Assembly: GCA_964598745.1 (NCBI GenBank)
Contig: CAZRCV010000005.1
Span: 1 to 53,172 of the forward strand
Direction: 5' to 3'
Length of the DNA stretch: 53,172 nt
Origin: an uncultured Methanosarcinales archaeon
GTDB lineage: Archaea > Nanobdellota > Nanobdellia > Woesearchaeales > GW2011-AR9
Within the stretch, counting starts at the first letter, position 1. Each line of letters starts with the position of its first letter. The position numbers and the translations under genes were made by a program. The notes under the pieces were generated by a model. It was not told the DNA's origin and searched no databases. It saw only the letters and a list, made by a program, of their open reading frames with translations. Shown here in pieces: positions 9,387 through 20,102 of this stretch.

Positions 9387-10832
9387 TTACGGCCCAATTA
9401 CATTATAACCTCCTGCTTTCAAGTTTACCACAGTTGGTGAGTTCTTGCAGGAAGAGGGAAATTTGTAGAGATTCAATGGAGGTAAATAGTATAATGGATC
9501 ACGATCATAACTATCCTTTCCAATATCTTCGCTAAAGTCAGCCGTTTTGTAAATTTCAAAATGCAGGTGGGTTCCATCGCCGCCAGAACCAGATACAGAA
9601 AAACCAGTATTGCCCATTCCACCAATTTGTTGCCCCACAGTTACCGGCGCGTTCTGATTTATATTAACTGTATCTAAATGCTGATATCTGGTATAAGTTC
9701 CATCAGCATGTTCTAAAATGATATAGTTTCCATAACCTGAATTACAGGGGTTCTGTCCAGGAGCGCAATTTGCTTCTACAATAATAGCTTTTCCCGCAGC
9801 CACAGCTTTAATTGGCGTCCCTTTAACACCATCCAAATCCAAACCATCATGCCATTGCTGATTATTTAAGGTACGATATCCATAACATGAGGTTATTATT
9901 GGATTATCAATCGGCCAGACTTTGGTTGCTGAGGAGGTATCCCTTAGGACTACCGAAGACGAACCGCTAATAGATTGCAATACCCATCCCGCAGAAGGAT
10001 CCCAGTCTTTGCCTTGAAAGCTAACAGACAAATCTTTCAATAAATAACTAATTTGACTCCAGACATTATCAATCTCGTTACAAGTAGGTGAGTTGCAGCT
10101 GCGAGCTAGGGGGGAACTGCCAACAACGTCAGTTAAAGTCTGACCCGGTTTAATTTCTACTTCAGTAAAACTAGTTTCCCAAGCTTTAGTGTTAGAATTC
10201 CAAAATACATTATAGACCTTACTGCCATCGCAAACTAATCCCCTTACTGCTTCAGAAATTCTAAAAGGGTCGTTAGCCATCCCAGTTCCAATTAACTTAG
10301 ACGATGGTAAAGAATTAGACCAACTAGAACCATCCCACTGTTTAGGCTGGCAATTGATATCAACTCCAACTAGCGCACCACTCCAATGATAAGGGTTAGT
10401 TGAAGAGCCATCACCATCTAATAAAGCGCCAACTTGCATACTGGAAACAGTAGTTCCAATACTAGAACTTGCTGCTGAAACCGGAGGCAAGCCTAGAATA
10501 AACAATCTCACTCCAAACAGAGTTCCTTGAGAACTTAATTCTTGAAAATAATTTAACCCTTGTTGTTCATTCTTTCCAAACAAGCTGGCTTTAATTTCTG
10601 GATGTATTCTTCCATTCGACACGGGTTGAATATCATCACTTTCCCAAACCCCCCAATAGCGATACTCCCATTTCCCCTGCTGAGCATTAAATCGATAGTC
10701 CCCAGACTTTGTTTCAAAGAAATTAGAGAGAGAAGTTTCTGGATTTACAGTTATAACCTCACCAGCAGAATGAACCAAAGGTATCAACAATATCACTATT
10801 AAAAACAATGAAATTAACAATTTTCTAGTCAT
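9387..10832 (-). CDS. Secreted protein with C-terminal M23 family metallopeptidase (peptidoglycan DD-endopeptidase-type)
   Basis: Signal peptide; WPI..IITSCYGYR, HDGLDL (HxxxD), GYGNYIILEH, YQHL, GNTG, HLHFEI (HxH). Confidence 0.92.
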   Translation of the reverse strand: MTRKLLISLFLIVILLIPLVHSAGEVITVNPETSLSNFFETKSGDYRFNAQQGKWEYRYWGVWESDDIQPVSNGRIHPEIKASLFGKNEQQGLNYFQELSSQGTLFGVRLFILGLPPVSAASSSIGTTVSSMQVGALLDGDGSSTNPYHWSGALVGVDINCQPKQWDGSSWSNSLPSSKLIGTGMANDPFRISEAVRGLVCDGSKVYNVFWNSNTKAWETSFTEVEIKPGQTLTDVVGSSPLARSCNSPTCNEIDNVWSQISYLLKDLSVSFQGKDWDPSAGWVLQSISGSSSVVLRDTSSATKVWPIDNPIITSCYGYRTLNNQQWHDGLDLDGVKGTPIKAVAAGKAIIVEANCAPGQNPCNSGYGNYIILEHADGTYTRYQHLDTVNINQNAPVTVGQQIGGMGNTGFSVSGSGGDGTHLHFEIYKTADFSEDIGKDSYDRDPLYYLPPLNLYKFPSSCKNSPTVVNLKAGGYNVIGP

Positions 10833-11439
10833 GACGACACCTCAAATTCTTGAGTTAGAATTGTTTTCTGCTCAATTAGTGGATTTTCCAGGATTAGTTC
10901 CAAAGTGTATCCACCAGTTTCACCTTGGCCTACTAGTGTAAAAAAATCTTTAAAAGTGATGGTTTTAGAGGGGCTAGGGCTGCGTTCATTAACATAAAAA
11001 TTGTTGTTGGAACTAGCATCGAGCAACAATTTTCCGCTGGGATTTTTAATTCGATAATTTTTAACTATCATCACCTGACCATTTAAGGCAGTAGTTTCCG
11101 CTTGATATTTAAAGTAAACATTATCCCCGAACTTAAACTGCCGCTGCTGTTGGCAATTAAAATTATCGTCAATCTGCGAACAGAAAGAAAAGTCTTTAAT
11201 CTCTAAGTAACCATAATTGCGTAACGGTAAAAATTGCACGTTTAGCACTTCTACTGGTTCATATTCCGCTTTGACTGAAATCAGGCCGGCCTGGACTAAA
11301 ATAAGAACCAGAGCGCTAGTGATGATCGCTACAACTAAAATAGAAAGAATTCTTACAGCTATATTTCCTTTATTACTGTAGGTAAAAGCCGTTGCTTTAG
11401 TTCTAACCATTAATTCATGATTAATTGTAATAGTCATAT
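10829..11439 (-). CDS. Single-TM membrane-anchored protein with predicted beta-sandwich ectodomain (start uncertain; ORF track begins at 11488)
   Basis: One hydrophobic helix then beta-rich region; stop codon overlaps the start of the M23 gene (ATGA). Confidence 0.7.
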
Positions 11440-11441
11440 TG

Positions 11442-14400
11442 TTAACAATAATTGTGATTACTATATTTTTTACCAAAACTGCCATCAACTTGACAGAGGT
11501 AAATTGCTATTTTCTTGAATTCATTCTTGTTTTCTTCTGCCGATTCGTAAGGCGTTTGCACTGCCGAGGGCCGATCAAAGAAAATTGAAAGCAAAGAATC
11601 AACTTCTCGTTGATACAGCTGCGGATTATTGCGCTCTTTCTCTCCTTTCTTAATCGTGGCCGCTACACTATAATAAATTGCCAAGGCATTAGCTAAATCA
11701 CCGCGCCGCTGTGAAATAATGGAGTTAGCCATTAGCAGAACCTGATCATAGTTTTTGCGCTGGAACTGTTCAGCTATGCCCGCGCCCTGTTGGAATACTT
11801 GCTCTTCTTTCTGGATGGTTATTAATTTGGCAGCAGCAGTTCTTCCTTGAGTTGTTCTCACCGGCAGGGTAGCGTATTGACAACCGCCAGCTTCATCGGC
11901 TTCCAACAATTGATACTGCACGGTAAATTGCCTAGTGTTAAGTTGCTGACTGGAGAAAGCTGCAGAACTAATGCGATACTCACAGAAATTCCTATTCTGT
12001 TCAGCACGAAGATCGTTAACATTGCGGATAACAGCAGTTACTTTTTCTCCACCCATGTTGAAAACAATCTTATTAATTTCACTCTCAGTAAACTTATTTT
12101 GGCTGCCACTAACCAATAAACTGCCTGAACCAGCATTAGCACCGGGGGCATAACCGGGAGTTTCAGGGAAAGTTCCCTGCATCTGCACTTGGAAAGTTCC
12201 ATCGCCTTGATCAATAAAAGTCAACCTGTAAGAACCACTGGCCGAAGAGGCAGTTGAACCGGGGATAAATCCTAAACCACAGCCGCGATTACTGATATCA
12301 CCAGCTAATTGAATACTGCTGCTGACTCCGCTAAACATAGAAGGATCTACAGTAGTAAGCACGTCAGGAATGATGAGTTGGCCAGGAGTGTTAGCTGGAA
12401 GAGGCCGGATAAATGGTGGATCATTCTGCACACCCGGAATTAACGGAGTAACAGTGCGCCGGAGGCATTTAGCATTATTATCTAAATTTACATGCACCCC
12501 TAATTTGATCGGATCGGTGGTACTAGCAACAAACAAATTAGGAGTATCGCAAGTCGTCCAGGCATTAGTATTTTTATTCCAGCAGCTGATCTGCGGTTCT
12601 TCAATGAATGCTCCGCCGAATCCAAGCAAGTTGCTTAGCTCTGGACAATGGTATTCTCCAGTAAGTAAATTAGCCTGGCAAGAAATTTGCGCTGGAGGGG
12701 AGGTATCCACCAACGGTTCATAGAACACGCCTTTAACTCCATCAAAATATCCTTCTTCAAAACAATTTTTAGCATTATCTTTTTCTAATTGATCCAAATA
12801 CAACTCTACTTTAACGTGATCGTAACGGTATGGAGCATCTACCTTGAGGGGAGATTCCAGTGGGATGCTGAATAGTTCTCCTGATTTAAGATTAAACCCG
12901 CTTTTTAATAAATATTCTTTCTGTCCAACGCCGCTGCTTTGCCCTTGGGCATTGAGACAGTCGCAGCCTTGGCCGCCGCAAGAAGAATCAACTCCGGGCT
13001 TGCTTAAATCCTCCGGACCAATGCATTTTAAGGAAAGTTTCCAGTTTCTCACTATACAACCTGGCATAATCACCCCCCCAATGTTATAATTAAATACTGC
13101 TGTTTGTCGGGCCGGGTTTACTGTACTTAATTCGCGCTGCCGCGGCCCTAATACTACAATGGACTTGGTAGGGAAAGTGTAAGCTGCATCCAGCAAGAAA
13201 TCAGTGCTAAACAAAGGAAATTCTATCCCAAAAGCAGCTAAGCACATCGATTGAGCAAACCCTTGCGCTCCTTCCCTGAAGTATTCGTTTAATTTAGCAT
13301 TGCCATAATCTCTTTGCACGTCGTTAATAGAATCCTGTAGAGCTTGAGGAATAGCTTTAAACCCTTGAGAAATAACCTCACCAGCATCGCCAAAAAGGTT
13401 GCCCTCTTTTTCTTTATCATCAAAAGTCAGCGGACTGCATTGATTACTTAGATAAGCAATGCCTTGGTACAGCAAACCGCAAACATGCTGGGTGAACAAA
13501 GTTTTGCAAGCACCGGCATCCTGCAAGCCAGTATATTTGGCTGAAACTAGGCAGTTACGCATGCCTACCAAAATACTGTTAAGAACTTTTAAATTTTTTA
13601 AAATACCAGATAAGCAAACACTTTGGAAAGTGCCGATCAATTGCGTATGCGGATTAACTTCATGCACTTCTTTTTCGCTGCCTAGATAATCCAACAAGTA
13701 ATCAGCGCCAAATGCGCCAGAGAAATCCCGGCCGGCATAGTATCTTTCTTTAGGATAATAAGTGCCAACAGTTCCTTTAGACTCCTTGAAAATTTGATCT
13801 TCGCGGAAAGAGTAAATTTCTTCCGCGCCATCCACGCTAGCCATAGCTGTGCGCAAAGTTCTATCTGTACTGGGGGGTATGGAAGATAAATCTGGTTGTT
13901 TTCCAGCGCAAACACATTGCTGGAAGACCGGCCTGCCATTTTCTCTAGCAATGTCGGCGGCGCTGCCTGGTTTATGAGGATCATAACCTTTAATGAAACA
14001 ATCTTTAGTATACCCTGCGGGATAACGGTTTTTAATTAATTTAGTATCGCCTCTCTCTAAAGTTACAGTTCCATCGGCTTGCACTTGTTCATCATAACAG
14101 CCTTCCATAACATATTGGTCTATTTTATTGCTGGTGCGGCAGAGATCAGCGCAGGTCACATCGCGAGCTACCATAAACGATTCTGATCCTTGCGGCTTGT
14201 AGACTAGCAGCGTATCTCCTTCTGGAACCAAACCGCCAAATAAATCTCCGACAGGTGTAAGAACATATATTCCGTTTTTATTATCGGTGGGATTTTGCAG
14301 AGCTGGATTTTTGTAATAGACAATATTTCCTGCCCGCCAACAAGTTCCGCCGGTTTCACTAACCTTAGTTGCAGCTACCGATAAGGTAGCTTTAGTAGCG

Positions 14401-16751
14401 CTGGAAGAAGGATTAGCCACGGCCGGAACTTGATTAATTATATTTGATTGAACATACTGTTGACAATTTTCAATAGGTGTCAGCGGCACGCCTTTGCCAG
14501 TCACAGCGCACTGCTGCTGCTTTAAAATTACCGTGCCAATCTTGTCTAACGATTCGCTAGCCGTCCACCCTGCCGGAACAGCCCGACAAAAGGAACGGTC
14601 CCAGCTCCAACGGTAAGCACTGTTCAATGAACTTTCCAACTTCCAAGCCGAAGCGGTCTGCGGACAATGCTCTTCTAAAGTAATGGTTTTCCCAGGTTCA
14701 CTGTCGGCTCCGCCAGCATTGCAAGCTGCTAGCACCGTAGAAGGAAGGTCTGAACTGTAAGCATTATGATTCCTAATTAAATCGCACCAGTTTTCAATAG
14801 TTTCGCGTAAATACAACTTGGATTGCGCAGCGACTTCTGGACATCTGGGCTGTTTGTCACTAGTTTTGCCAGCTATAGCTGTTGCCAGAGAAAAGTAAGC
14901 TTCCACTCGCGAAGTTACCAGCCGCGACCAGTGAGCTGCGGTTTTTAACACAAAGGCAGCCATGGAAACCACGGCTGTTACCAGATAGACTTTTTCAATA
15001 ATTGGAGTTACGGCTTCCAACTGAGCAATAGTAAAGTTAAGCGCATCTACCCCCTCATTAGCCAGAAAATCTGGAATCAAATTCTTGCTGTCGATGGGAA
15101 TATCAACCTGATAGGCCAAATCATAGCAGGAAGCCTGTACTTTAGAAGCGCCCCAAGTGCCGTCATTTTGCCGTTCTTGGTAATTAACCGTAATTTTTAA
15201 AGGAAATGTTAATCGCCTATTTTTAAATTCATTCCAAAAATCTTCCTTGGATTTGCTAAACTCTTTTGTTCGGCCTAATTTCCAGGTGACATAAAATTTG
15301 GTGCCATCATTATTCTTTACTACATGATTAGCATTCGGAATAATACGACAGCCTAAACCATTTTTTTCATCTTTAACTTGATTTTGTGTACAAGCTTTTT
15401 CAATTTGTAAACTGCTTACCCTAAACCCTTGTTCTGTATCAATCGTTTCCTGAGCTGAACTATAACCATAACTTCCATAAGCCGGGCCAACACCACCCAC
15501 ACCATAATTGCCCGAGCTGTAAGAAGGGCTGTAAGCCGGAGCAGACTTAGATTTCCAGGGAATACCTGTTCCCTGATACTGCAAGTCAAACACTGCTTGA
15601 ATTTCCTGACGGCCACCGTCCAGCAGTTGTGGAACTAACCGCAATGGCAGCTGAAATTGCGGCATGGACTGAATAGCAAAACTAAAGTCGCCTGAGCTGC
15701 ATGAATTAACCCTAACTGTCTGCTGCAGATATACTATTTGTTGCTGTGCATCTTCAGAAATTATAAAGATTTGATAAGTTAATTGCTGCTGCTGATTTTC
15801 TCCCGAGCTAGAAAATAATACTACTTTTAACAAATCAGGAGGAACTTGTTTTGGAGCTAAATCTTCTAAACGCAGATTAGCTATATCAGTAATATCCCTC
15901 GCAAAATTAACTTCTTTAAACTTGAACTCGCCTTTAGAATCAGCCACCACTACCGCTCTAGCTTTAGAAAAATCAGGAACATACTGGTAACCTAGAGGAC
16001 GGAATACATAAAGGTATACTTTAGAGTTGGGTTTAGTCTGGCCGCTGATATCGGAACTAGCGCTATTTTCATAATATTCATTGCCATTTTCAATTTCAGC
16101 GCGGACAAATTGTTTTTGCAAGTCAGCAGTTAAGACCACTTCTTGAGTAGCATTAAAGCCTACCTGGTCTGTAGCTGTAACCTTAAGGTTATTAACTCCA
16201 TCTTCTAAAGAGATTACTTTGTCAATCTTCTGCCCTTTGCTTTTAACTACAGAATGTTCATTAAGAAAAATTTCATAAGAACTTTCTTCCGAGATTGTTC
16301 CGGTTATCGTTAAAGAGCGCTCTGTCACTATTTTTGGCAGCTGATTGAGGGTTATTACTGGTGGCTGTAAATCGGAAATAATTTTGCCTTCTACTGATGC
16401 TTCATTCCCTGCGCTATCAACTGCAGTTACTGATACTACATGAGTTTCCTGCTCTTTTAAAATAATAGTGACAGTGAACTTACCCTCTTTATCAGCTTTA
16501 GCCAAAGCCTTCACTGTAGAATCGGCTGTAACCTTAATTACTGCCTCTGGCTCAGAAGAACCGGATAAAACTAAACTAGTTCCAGCGATTATCTCAGGAA
16601 ATTTTACTTCCAATTCCGGCGGGGTTTTATCAGCGCTGCTAGCAGGATCCGATCCTGAAGCAGAAACTTCTTGAGCTGCAGCTAAAGGAAGATTAAACAA
16701 TAAGAAGATAAGGAACAAGGCGGTGATTGAATTTAAGTTTTTCTGATTCAT
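11442..16751 (-). CDS. Giant (1769 aa) surface protein: signal peptide, 2-3 bacterial Ig-like repeats, long Cys-rich body
   Basis: DKTPPEL..G.SEP.A...V.AVDSAGN and DLQPPVI..G..N.LKVTATDQVG Ig-like repeats; many paired Cys. Confidence 0.8.
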   Translation of the reverse strand: MNQKNLNSITALFLIFLLFNLPLAAAQEVSASGSDPASSADKTPPELEVKFPEIIAGTSLVLSGSSEPEAVIKVTADSTVKALAKADKEGKFTVTIILKEQETHVVSVTAVDSAGNEASVEGKIISDLQPPVITLNQLPKIVTERSLTITGTISEESSYEIFLNEHSVVKSKGQKIDKVISLEDGVNNLKVTATDQVGFNATQEVVLTADLQKQFVRAEIENGNEYYENSASSDISGQTKPNSKVYLYVFRPLGYQYVPDFSKARAVVVADSKGEFKFKEVNFARDITDIANLRLEDLAPKQVPPDLLKVVLFSSSGENQQQQLTYQIFIISEDAQQQIVYLQQTVRVNSCSSGDFSFAIQSMPQFQLPLRLVPQLLDGGRQEIQAVFDLQYQGTGIPWKSKSAPAYSPSYSSGNYGVGGVGPAYGSYGYSSAQETIDTEQGFRVSSLQIEKACTQNQVKDEKNGLGCRIIPNANHVVKNNDGTKFYVTWKLGRTKEFSKSKEDFWNEFKNRRLTFPLKITVNYQERQNDGTWGASKVQASCYDLAYQVDIPIDSKNLIPDFLANEGVDALNFTIAQLEAVTPIIEKVYLVTAVVSMAAFVLKTAAHWSRLVTSRVEAYFSLATAIAGKTSDKQPRCPEVAAQSKLYLRETIENWCDLIRNHNAYSSDLPSTVLAACNAGGADSEPGKTITLEEHCPQTASAWKLESSLNSAYRWSWDRSFCRAVPAGWTASESLDKIGTVILKQQQCAVTGKGVPLTPIENCQQYVQSNIINQVPAVANPSSSATKATLSVAATKVSETGGTCWRAGNIVYYKNPALQNPTDNKNGIYVLTPVGDLFGGLVPEGDTLLVYKPQGSESFMVARDVTCADLCRTSNKIDQYVMEGCYDEQVQADGTVTLERGDTKLIKNRYPAGYTKDCFIKGYDPHKPGSAADIARENGRPVFQQCVCAGKQPDLSSIPPSTDRTLRTAMASVDGAEEIYSFREDQIFKESKGTVGTYYPKERYYAGRDFSGAFGADYLLDYLGSEKEVHEVNPHTQLIGTFQSVCLSGILKNLKVLNSILVGMRNCLVSAKYTGLQDAGACKTLFTQHVCGLLYQGIAYLSNQCSPLTFDDKEKEGNLFGDAGEVISQGFKAIPQALQDSINDVQRDYGNAKLNEYFREGAQGFAQSMCLAAFGIEFPLFSTDFLLDAAYTFPTKSIVVLGPRQRELSTVNPARQTAVFNYNIGGVIMPGCIVRNWKLSLKCIGPEDLSKPGVDSSCGGQGCDCLNAQGQSSGVGQKEYLLKSGFNLKSGELFSIPLESPLKVDAPYRYDHVKVELYLDQLEKDNAKNCFEEGYFDGVKGVFYEPLVDTSPPAQISCQANLLTGEYHCPELSNLLGFGGAFIEEPQISCWNKNTNAWTTCDTPNLFVASTTDPIKLGVHVNLDNNAKCLRRTVTPLIPGVQNDPPFIRPLPANTPGQLIIPDVLTTVDPSMFSGVSSSIQLAGDISNRGCGLGFIPGSTASSASGSYRLTFIDQGDGTFQVQMQGTFPETPGYAPGANAGSGSLLVSGSQNKFTESEINKIVFNMGGEKVTAVIRNVNDLRAEQNRNFCEYRISSAAFSSQQLNTRQFTVQYQLLEADEAGGCQYATLPVRTTQGRTAAAKLITIQKEEQVFQQGAGIAEQFQRKNYDQVLLMANSIISQRRGDLANALAIYYSVAATIKKGEKERNNPQLYQREVDSLLSIFFDRPSAVQTPYESAEENKNEFKKIAIYLCQVDGSFGKKYSNHNYC

Positions 16752-18724
16752 TTTATTTCTGGCAAAGGAATAAGTTGGCTCTTAGCTGGCAAATCTAGGA
16801 ATAACTGAAACTGTTCATTCTCGCTTAATCCTTCTTCAGCCAATACATGAAAAGTTATCTCTTGAGCGGATTCCAATAAACTCCAAGGAACATTCCATTT
16901 ACTGTTGTAGCCGCCAACAATTGCTTCATCTTCTAGCAAGTTAATTTCTAAATCATAAGTAAAGTCTGCTTTGCCTAGCAGAGCTAGAGTATCTTGAACC
17001 GTAAATTGTTCTCCTATAGCCGGCGATTTAACCGCAGTTACTTCATGAACTGGCGGCATGGTTTCATTCGGCCTGAATTTTAAGGTAATGAGAGCTACCT
17101 CTTGTTGATCCATTTCTTGAGATATACCAACTCGATTATTTCTAAAAGTATGTTTTACTACTTTGATCTTGTTTAGGGGAATGACCTTAAGTGGCAGCAA
17201 ATTTAATTCAATTTCTTGTTCTGCACGGCTGGCTAGCAAAACATAATTTTCTTTATAATTTTCTTTCGTGCCCCTTAATATCGCCCCAGAACAATATGGA
17301 AAGTTGGTTTTGAAAGCAGCTACATGGCCCAGCCCAGCATAACCATATTGTGTTTTTCCCATATCACAGCTGTATCTCAAACAGTTATATTTCAGGTCCA
17401 CACCAGACAACGGCCAGCGATTATAAGCTCCAGTCTGAGAATTTTCCACTAATTCGTAAGTTTTAACGGTCATGGGAATGGTAGCATCGCTACAATACTG
17501 ATCATCACCATAAGTATCAAAATAAGTAGAACGTTTAGTAAAAGTAGTCGCGGAACGATCGGCAATATTATTCTTTAAGTGAACGGTAGTTGCCAACTTT
17601 AAAGTATATCCAATTGTTTCATCGGTTATTTCGATCTGCACGGGAAATTCTAGATTGTAAACGAATTTCCAAGTTTGCAAGCATAAAGCAGAAGTTAAGT
17701 CGTTCTGGCCTCCGATCTGGTTGCTAGTAAGATATTGGCCGCTACGCGGCGTAACCTCAAAAGTGAAGGGAAAGTTATCCTCAAAGCTAAACTTGGCTGA
17801 AAGTTGAGGATGCAATACATCATCTTCCAAGTCCCACAAATAATGATTCTGATAATAAGTTAATTCCTTGGGAAAAGAAACAAACTCTGTTTCCTTAATT
17901 TTTAATTGAGGGATATTGGTCTTGAGTAGATTTTTAATGCCCTGCCTGACGGTATCAATCCTCCAGCGTTTTTCACTACAGCTAAAGGCAGTACCAAACA
18001 ACGGTACATCAGGATGCTCTAAGGCAAGTAAATCTTGAGTTAGATCTTCCAATTTTAATTGGCGTAGTTCGCGGTTAACTATAGCCGCAGCCAAATCTCT
18101 AACAGCTTTAAGCCGGATAGGTGAATCAACAGAAAAGTGTAATAGTTCAGCTACAATCTCACCATTCTGGTCTTTTACTTGGATATTCCAATCCACAGCA
18201 AAAATGATTTTTTGATCTACAATTTTAGTGTCAGCTAAAACTGGCGATTGCTCTTTTAAAACATAATTTTCTTGAAAGGCTGGAGTGCTTAGAACGCAAC
18301 GCCCCAGATTCTCCTCAATATGGCGGTTAAGCCGATCCTGCAAGTCCTTTATGGATGGAATGTCAGCAATTTCTCCATAAGCCCAATAGGGTATGAAAGT
18401 AAAAGGAGAAGTTTTAAGATGCAAATTTGCATCGTTAGCTATAGGAGATGGCACTTGGATAAAACCGCCTTGCTGTCCCATCAAGAATAAGCCTTCATTG
18501 GAAACTATTTCCAAGCAATGGCTAACAAAACTTTCTACAGAACCGCGCTCCACTGGAACAATTTCTTGTTTTCCGAAGGTTACAACTTGTTGCTGCAGAG
18601 CGATGATGACACCTACTGCAAAAATCAGTAAAATACCAATAATAATAAAGGTTGTAACTTGACCTTTTTTACAAGAAAATAGCTTAGCTTTACCTCTACT
18701 ATCCCTCTTTTGGTGCATGAGCAA
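16748..18724 (-). CDS. Large protein with class III (archaeal pilin/archaellin-type) signal peptide
   Basis: KKG|QVTTFIIIGILLIF prepilin-peptidase motif followed by a hydrophobic helix; Cys pairs in the ectodomain. Confidence 0.8.
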   Translation of the reverse strand: MLMHQKRDSRGKAKLFSCKKGQVTTFIIIGILLIFAVGVIIALQQQVVTFGKQEIVPVERGSVESFVSHCLEIVSNEGLFLMGQQGGFIQVPSPIANDANLHLKTSPFTFIPYWAYGEIADIPSIKDLQDRLNRHIEENLGRCVLSTPAFQENYVLKEQSPVLADTKIVDQKIIFAVDWNIQVKDQNGEIVAELLHFSVDSPIRLKAVRDLAAAIVNRELRQLKLEDLTQDLLALEHPDVPLFGTAFSCSEKRWRIDTVRQGIKNLLKTNIPQLKIKETEFVSFPKELTYYQNHYLWDLEDDVLHPQLSAKFSFEDNFPFTFEVTPRSGQYLTSNQIGGQNDLTSALCLQTWKFVYNLEFPVQIEITDETIGYTLKLATTVHLKNNIADRSATTFTKRSTYFDTYGDDQYCSDATIPMTVKTYELVENSQTGAYNRWPLSGVDLKYNCLRYSCDMGKTQYGYAGLGHVAAFKTNFPYCSGAILRGTKENYKENYVLLASRAEQEIELNLLPLKVIPLNKIKVVKHTFRNNRVGISQEMDQQEVALITLKFRPNETMPPVHEVTAVKSPAIGEQFTVQDTLALLGKADFTYDLEINLLEDEAIVGGYNSKWNVPWSLLESAQEITFHVLAEEGLSENEQFQLFLDLPAKSQLIPLPEIK

Positions 18725-18829
18725 ATGGATAGTTTAACGATTTATAAAATTATGGGTAAGTTATAGAGATAGACGTATTACTAAGGTTCATTTCTGATGG
18801 AAGTATATTAATTAACTTTTACTAAATTT

Positions 18830-19636
18830 TTATCCAATGTAATTTATGTCTTTATCCAGAGCTTTAGCGCCGGCTCGATTGCTGGCAATTTCCGCGGCCC
18901 AGTCTTTGGTTTTTTTGATCAGCTCCTTCTCAACTTCGCTAATTTCCTTGTCCATCTTATGGATATCTATATTCAGATTAAATCTTTTAACAATTACTTT
19001 CAACAACTCTTTAGCGCTTTTAATTCCCAAGTACATAGGATGCCCGAAAGTTTCAGCCAGCAGCGAAACACAGCGCACCTTTCTTAACTGACCTAACCCT
19101 AACAGGATACCGGAAACACCAGCAATTGGGCCAACCACTCCGAAAATTTCTTTCTCCAAGCCTAAATTTTTGTTGAGATAGGATTTAAGAGCATCCTCTT
19201 GATTGGCGGTACAAAAGATTCTTGGTTTTTCTGGAATGGATTGCAAGCCTATGCCTCCCGTAGTTATGGCTTCAGTACAATTAAATTTATTCATAATTTT
19301 GATTACTTCCTCACAAAAGGAAAAGCCGCTCTCTTCATCAATGGGTTGAATATCGCCAGTTAACAACAATAAATCAGGGATTTTTTGGTCTTTAAACTTC
19401 TTATAATAGATTTCTAGCTTGGGCATTTCAATTAAGTTTTCTTCATTGACAAACACCGAGTAAGGAAACTTATAGCAGAAAAAAGAATACAGTTTCTTAG
19501 CCTTCAATTCCTCAATTAAGAAATCAATAGCCACCTTACCAACATTGCCTATGCCCGGCAGACCTTCAATTAAGACGGGCTTATTAAATACTGGAATTTT
19601 AGCTACTTCTTGCCTAATTTCCCATGTGGCGGTCAT
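18830..19636 (-). CDS. PAC2 family proteasome assembly chaperone-like protein
   Basis: LIEGLPGIGNVGK, LLTGDIQP, ITTGG, GPIAGVSG, C-terminal YIG. Confidence 0.92.
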   Translation of the reverse strand: MTATWEIRQEVAKIPVFNKPVLIEGLPGIGNVGKVAIDFLIEELKAKKLYSFFCYKFPYSVFVNEENLIEMPKLEIYYKKFKDQKIPDLLLLTGDIQPIDEESGFSFCEEVIKIMNKFNCTEAITTGGIGLQSIPEKPRIFCTANQEDALKSYLNKNLGLEKEIFGVVGPIAGVSGILLGLGQLRKVRCVSLLAETFGHPMYLGIKSAKELLKVIVKRFNLNIDIHKMDKEISEVEKELIKKTKDWAAEIASNRAGAKALDKDINYIG

Positions 19637-19730
19637 TGATTAGCAGATTAAATTTAAAAGTTTATATAACTTTAGTTAAAAAATAAAACGTTAAGCATTA
19701 CAGTAAATTTAGGCTTATACTGAAACTAAG

Positions 19731-20015
19731 TTACTTCTTGGTTTGCAATTCTGCCAGTGTTTTCTTGAAGGCAGAAATCTGTTTTGCAGACAATGTTTTA
19801 AACATCAAATAAGATTGGCGAATGGATCTTAAAAAACGCGATTGCCGGTAAATAGAACGATCCAAGTTCAAAAAATCATAATCCTTATCAGTAATTTCTT
19901 CTGAAAAAATTTGCTTGACGTGACACTCATCACAAATTGGAAATTCGCGAGCAGTGAGAACTACCCACTCACGTTTACAGATACCACATTTTTGTTTAAA
20001 TTTAGGACGAGGCAT
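19731..20015 (-). CDS. Small Zn-finger-like hypothetical protein (likely start MPRPK at 20015)
   Basis: CxxC...CxxC; TATA-like TTATAAA about 25 nt upstream. Confidence 0.7.
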   Translation of the reverse strand: MPRPKFKQKCGICKREWVVLTAREFPICDECHVKQIFSEEITDKDYDFLNLDRSIYRQSRFLRSIRQSYLMFKTLSAKQISAFKKTLAELQTKK

Positions 20016-20102
20016 ACTATAGTTAATTAAGAATAACACTTTATAAGCATTCCGTGAAAATTATAGAGAACTTTGAAAAACTGCTCCATTCCTTTAAGAA
20101 AT

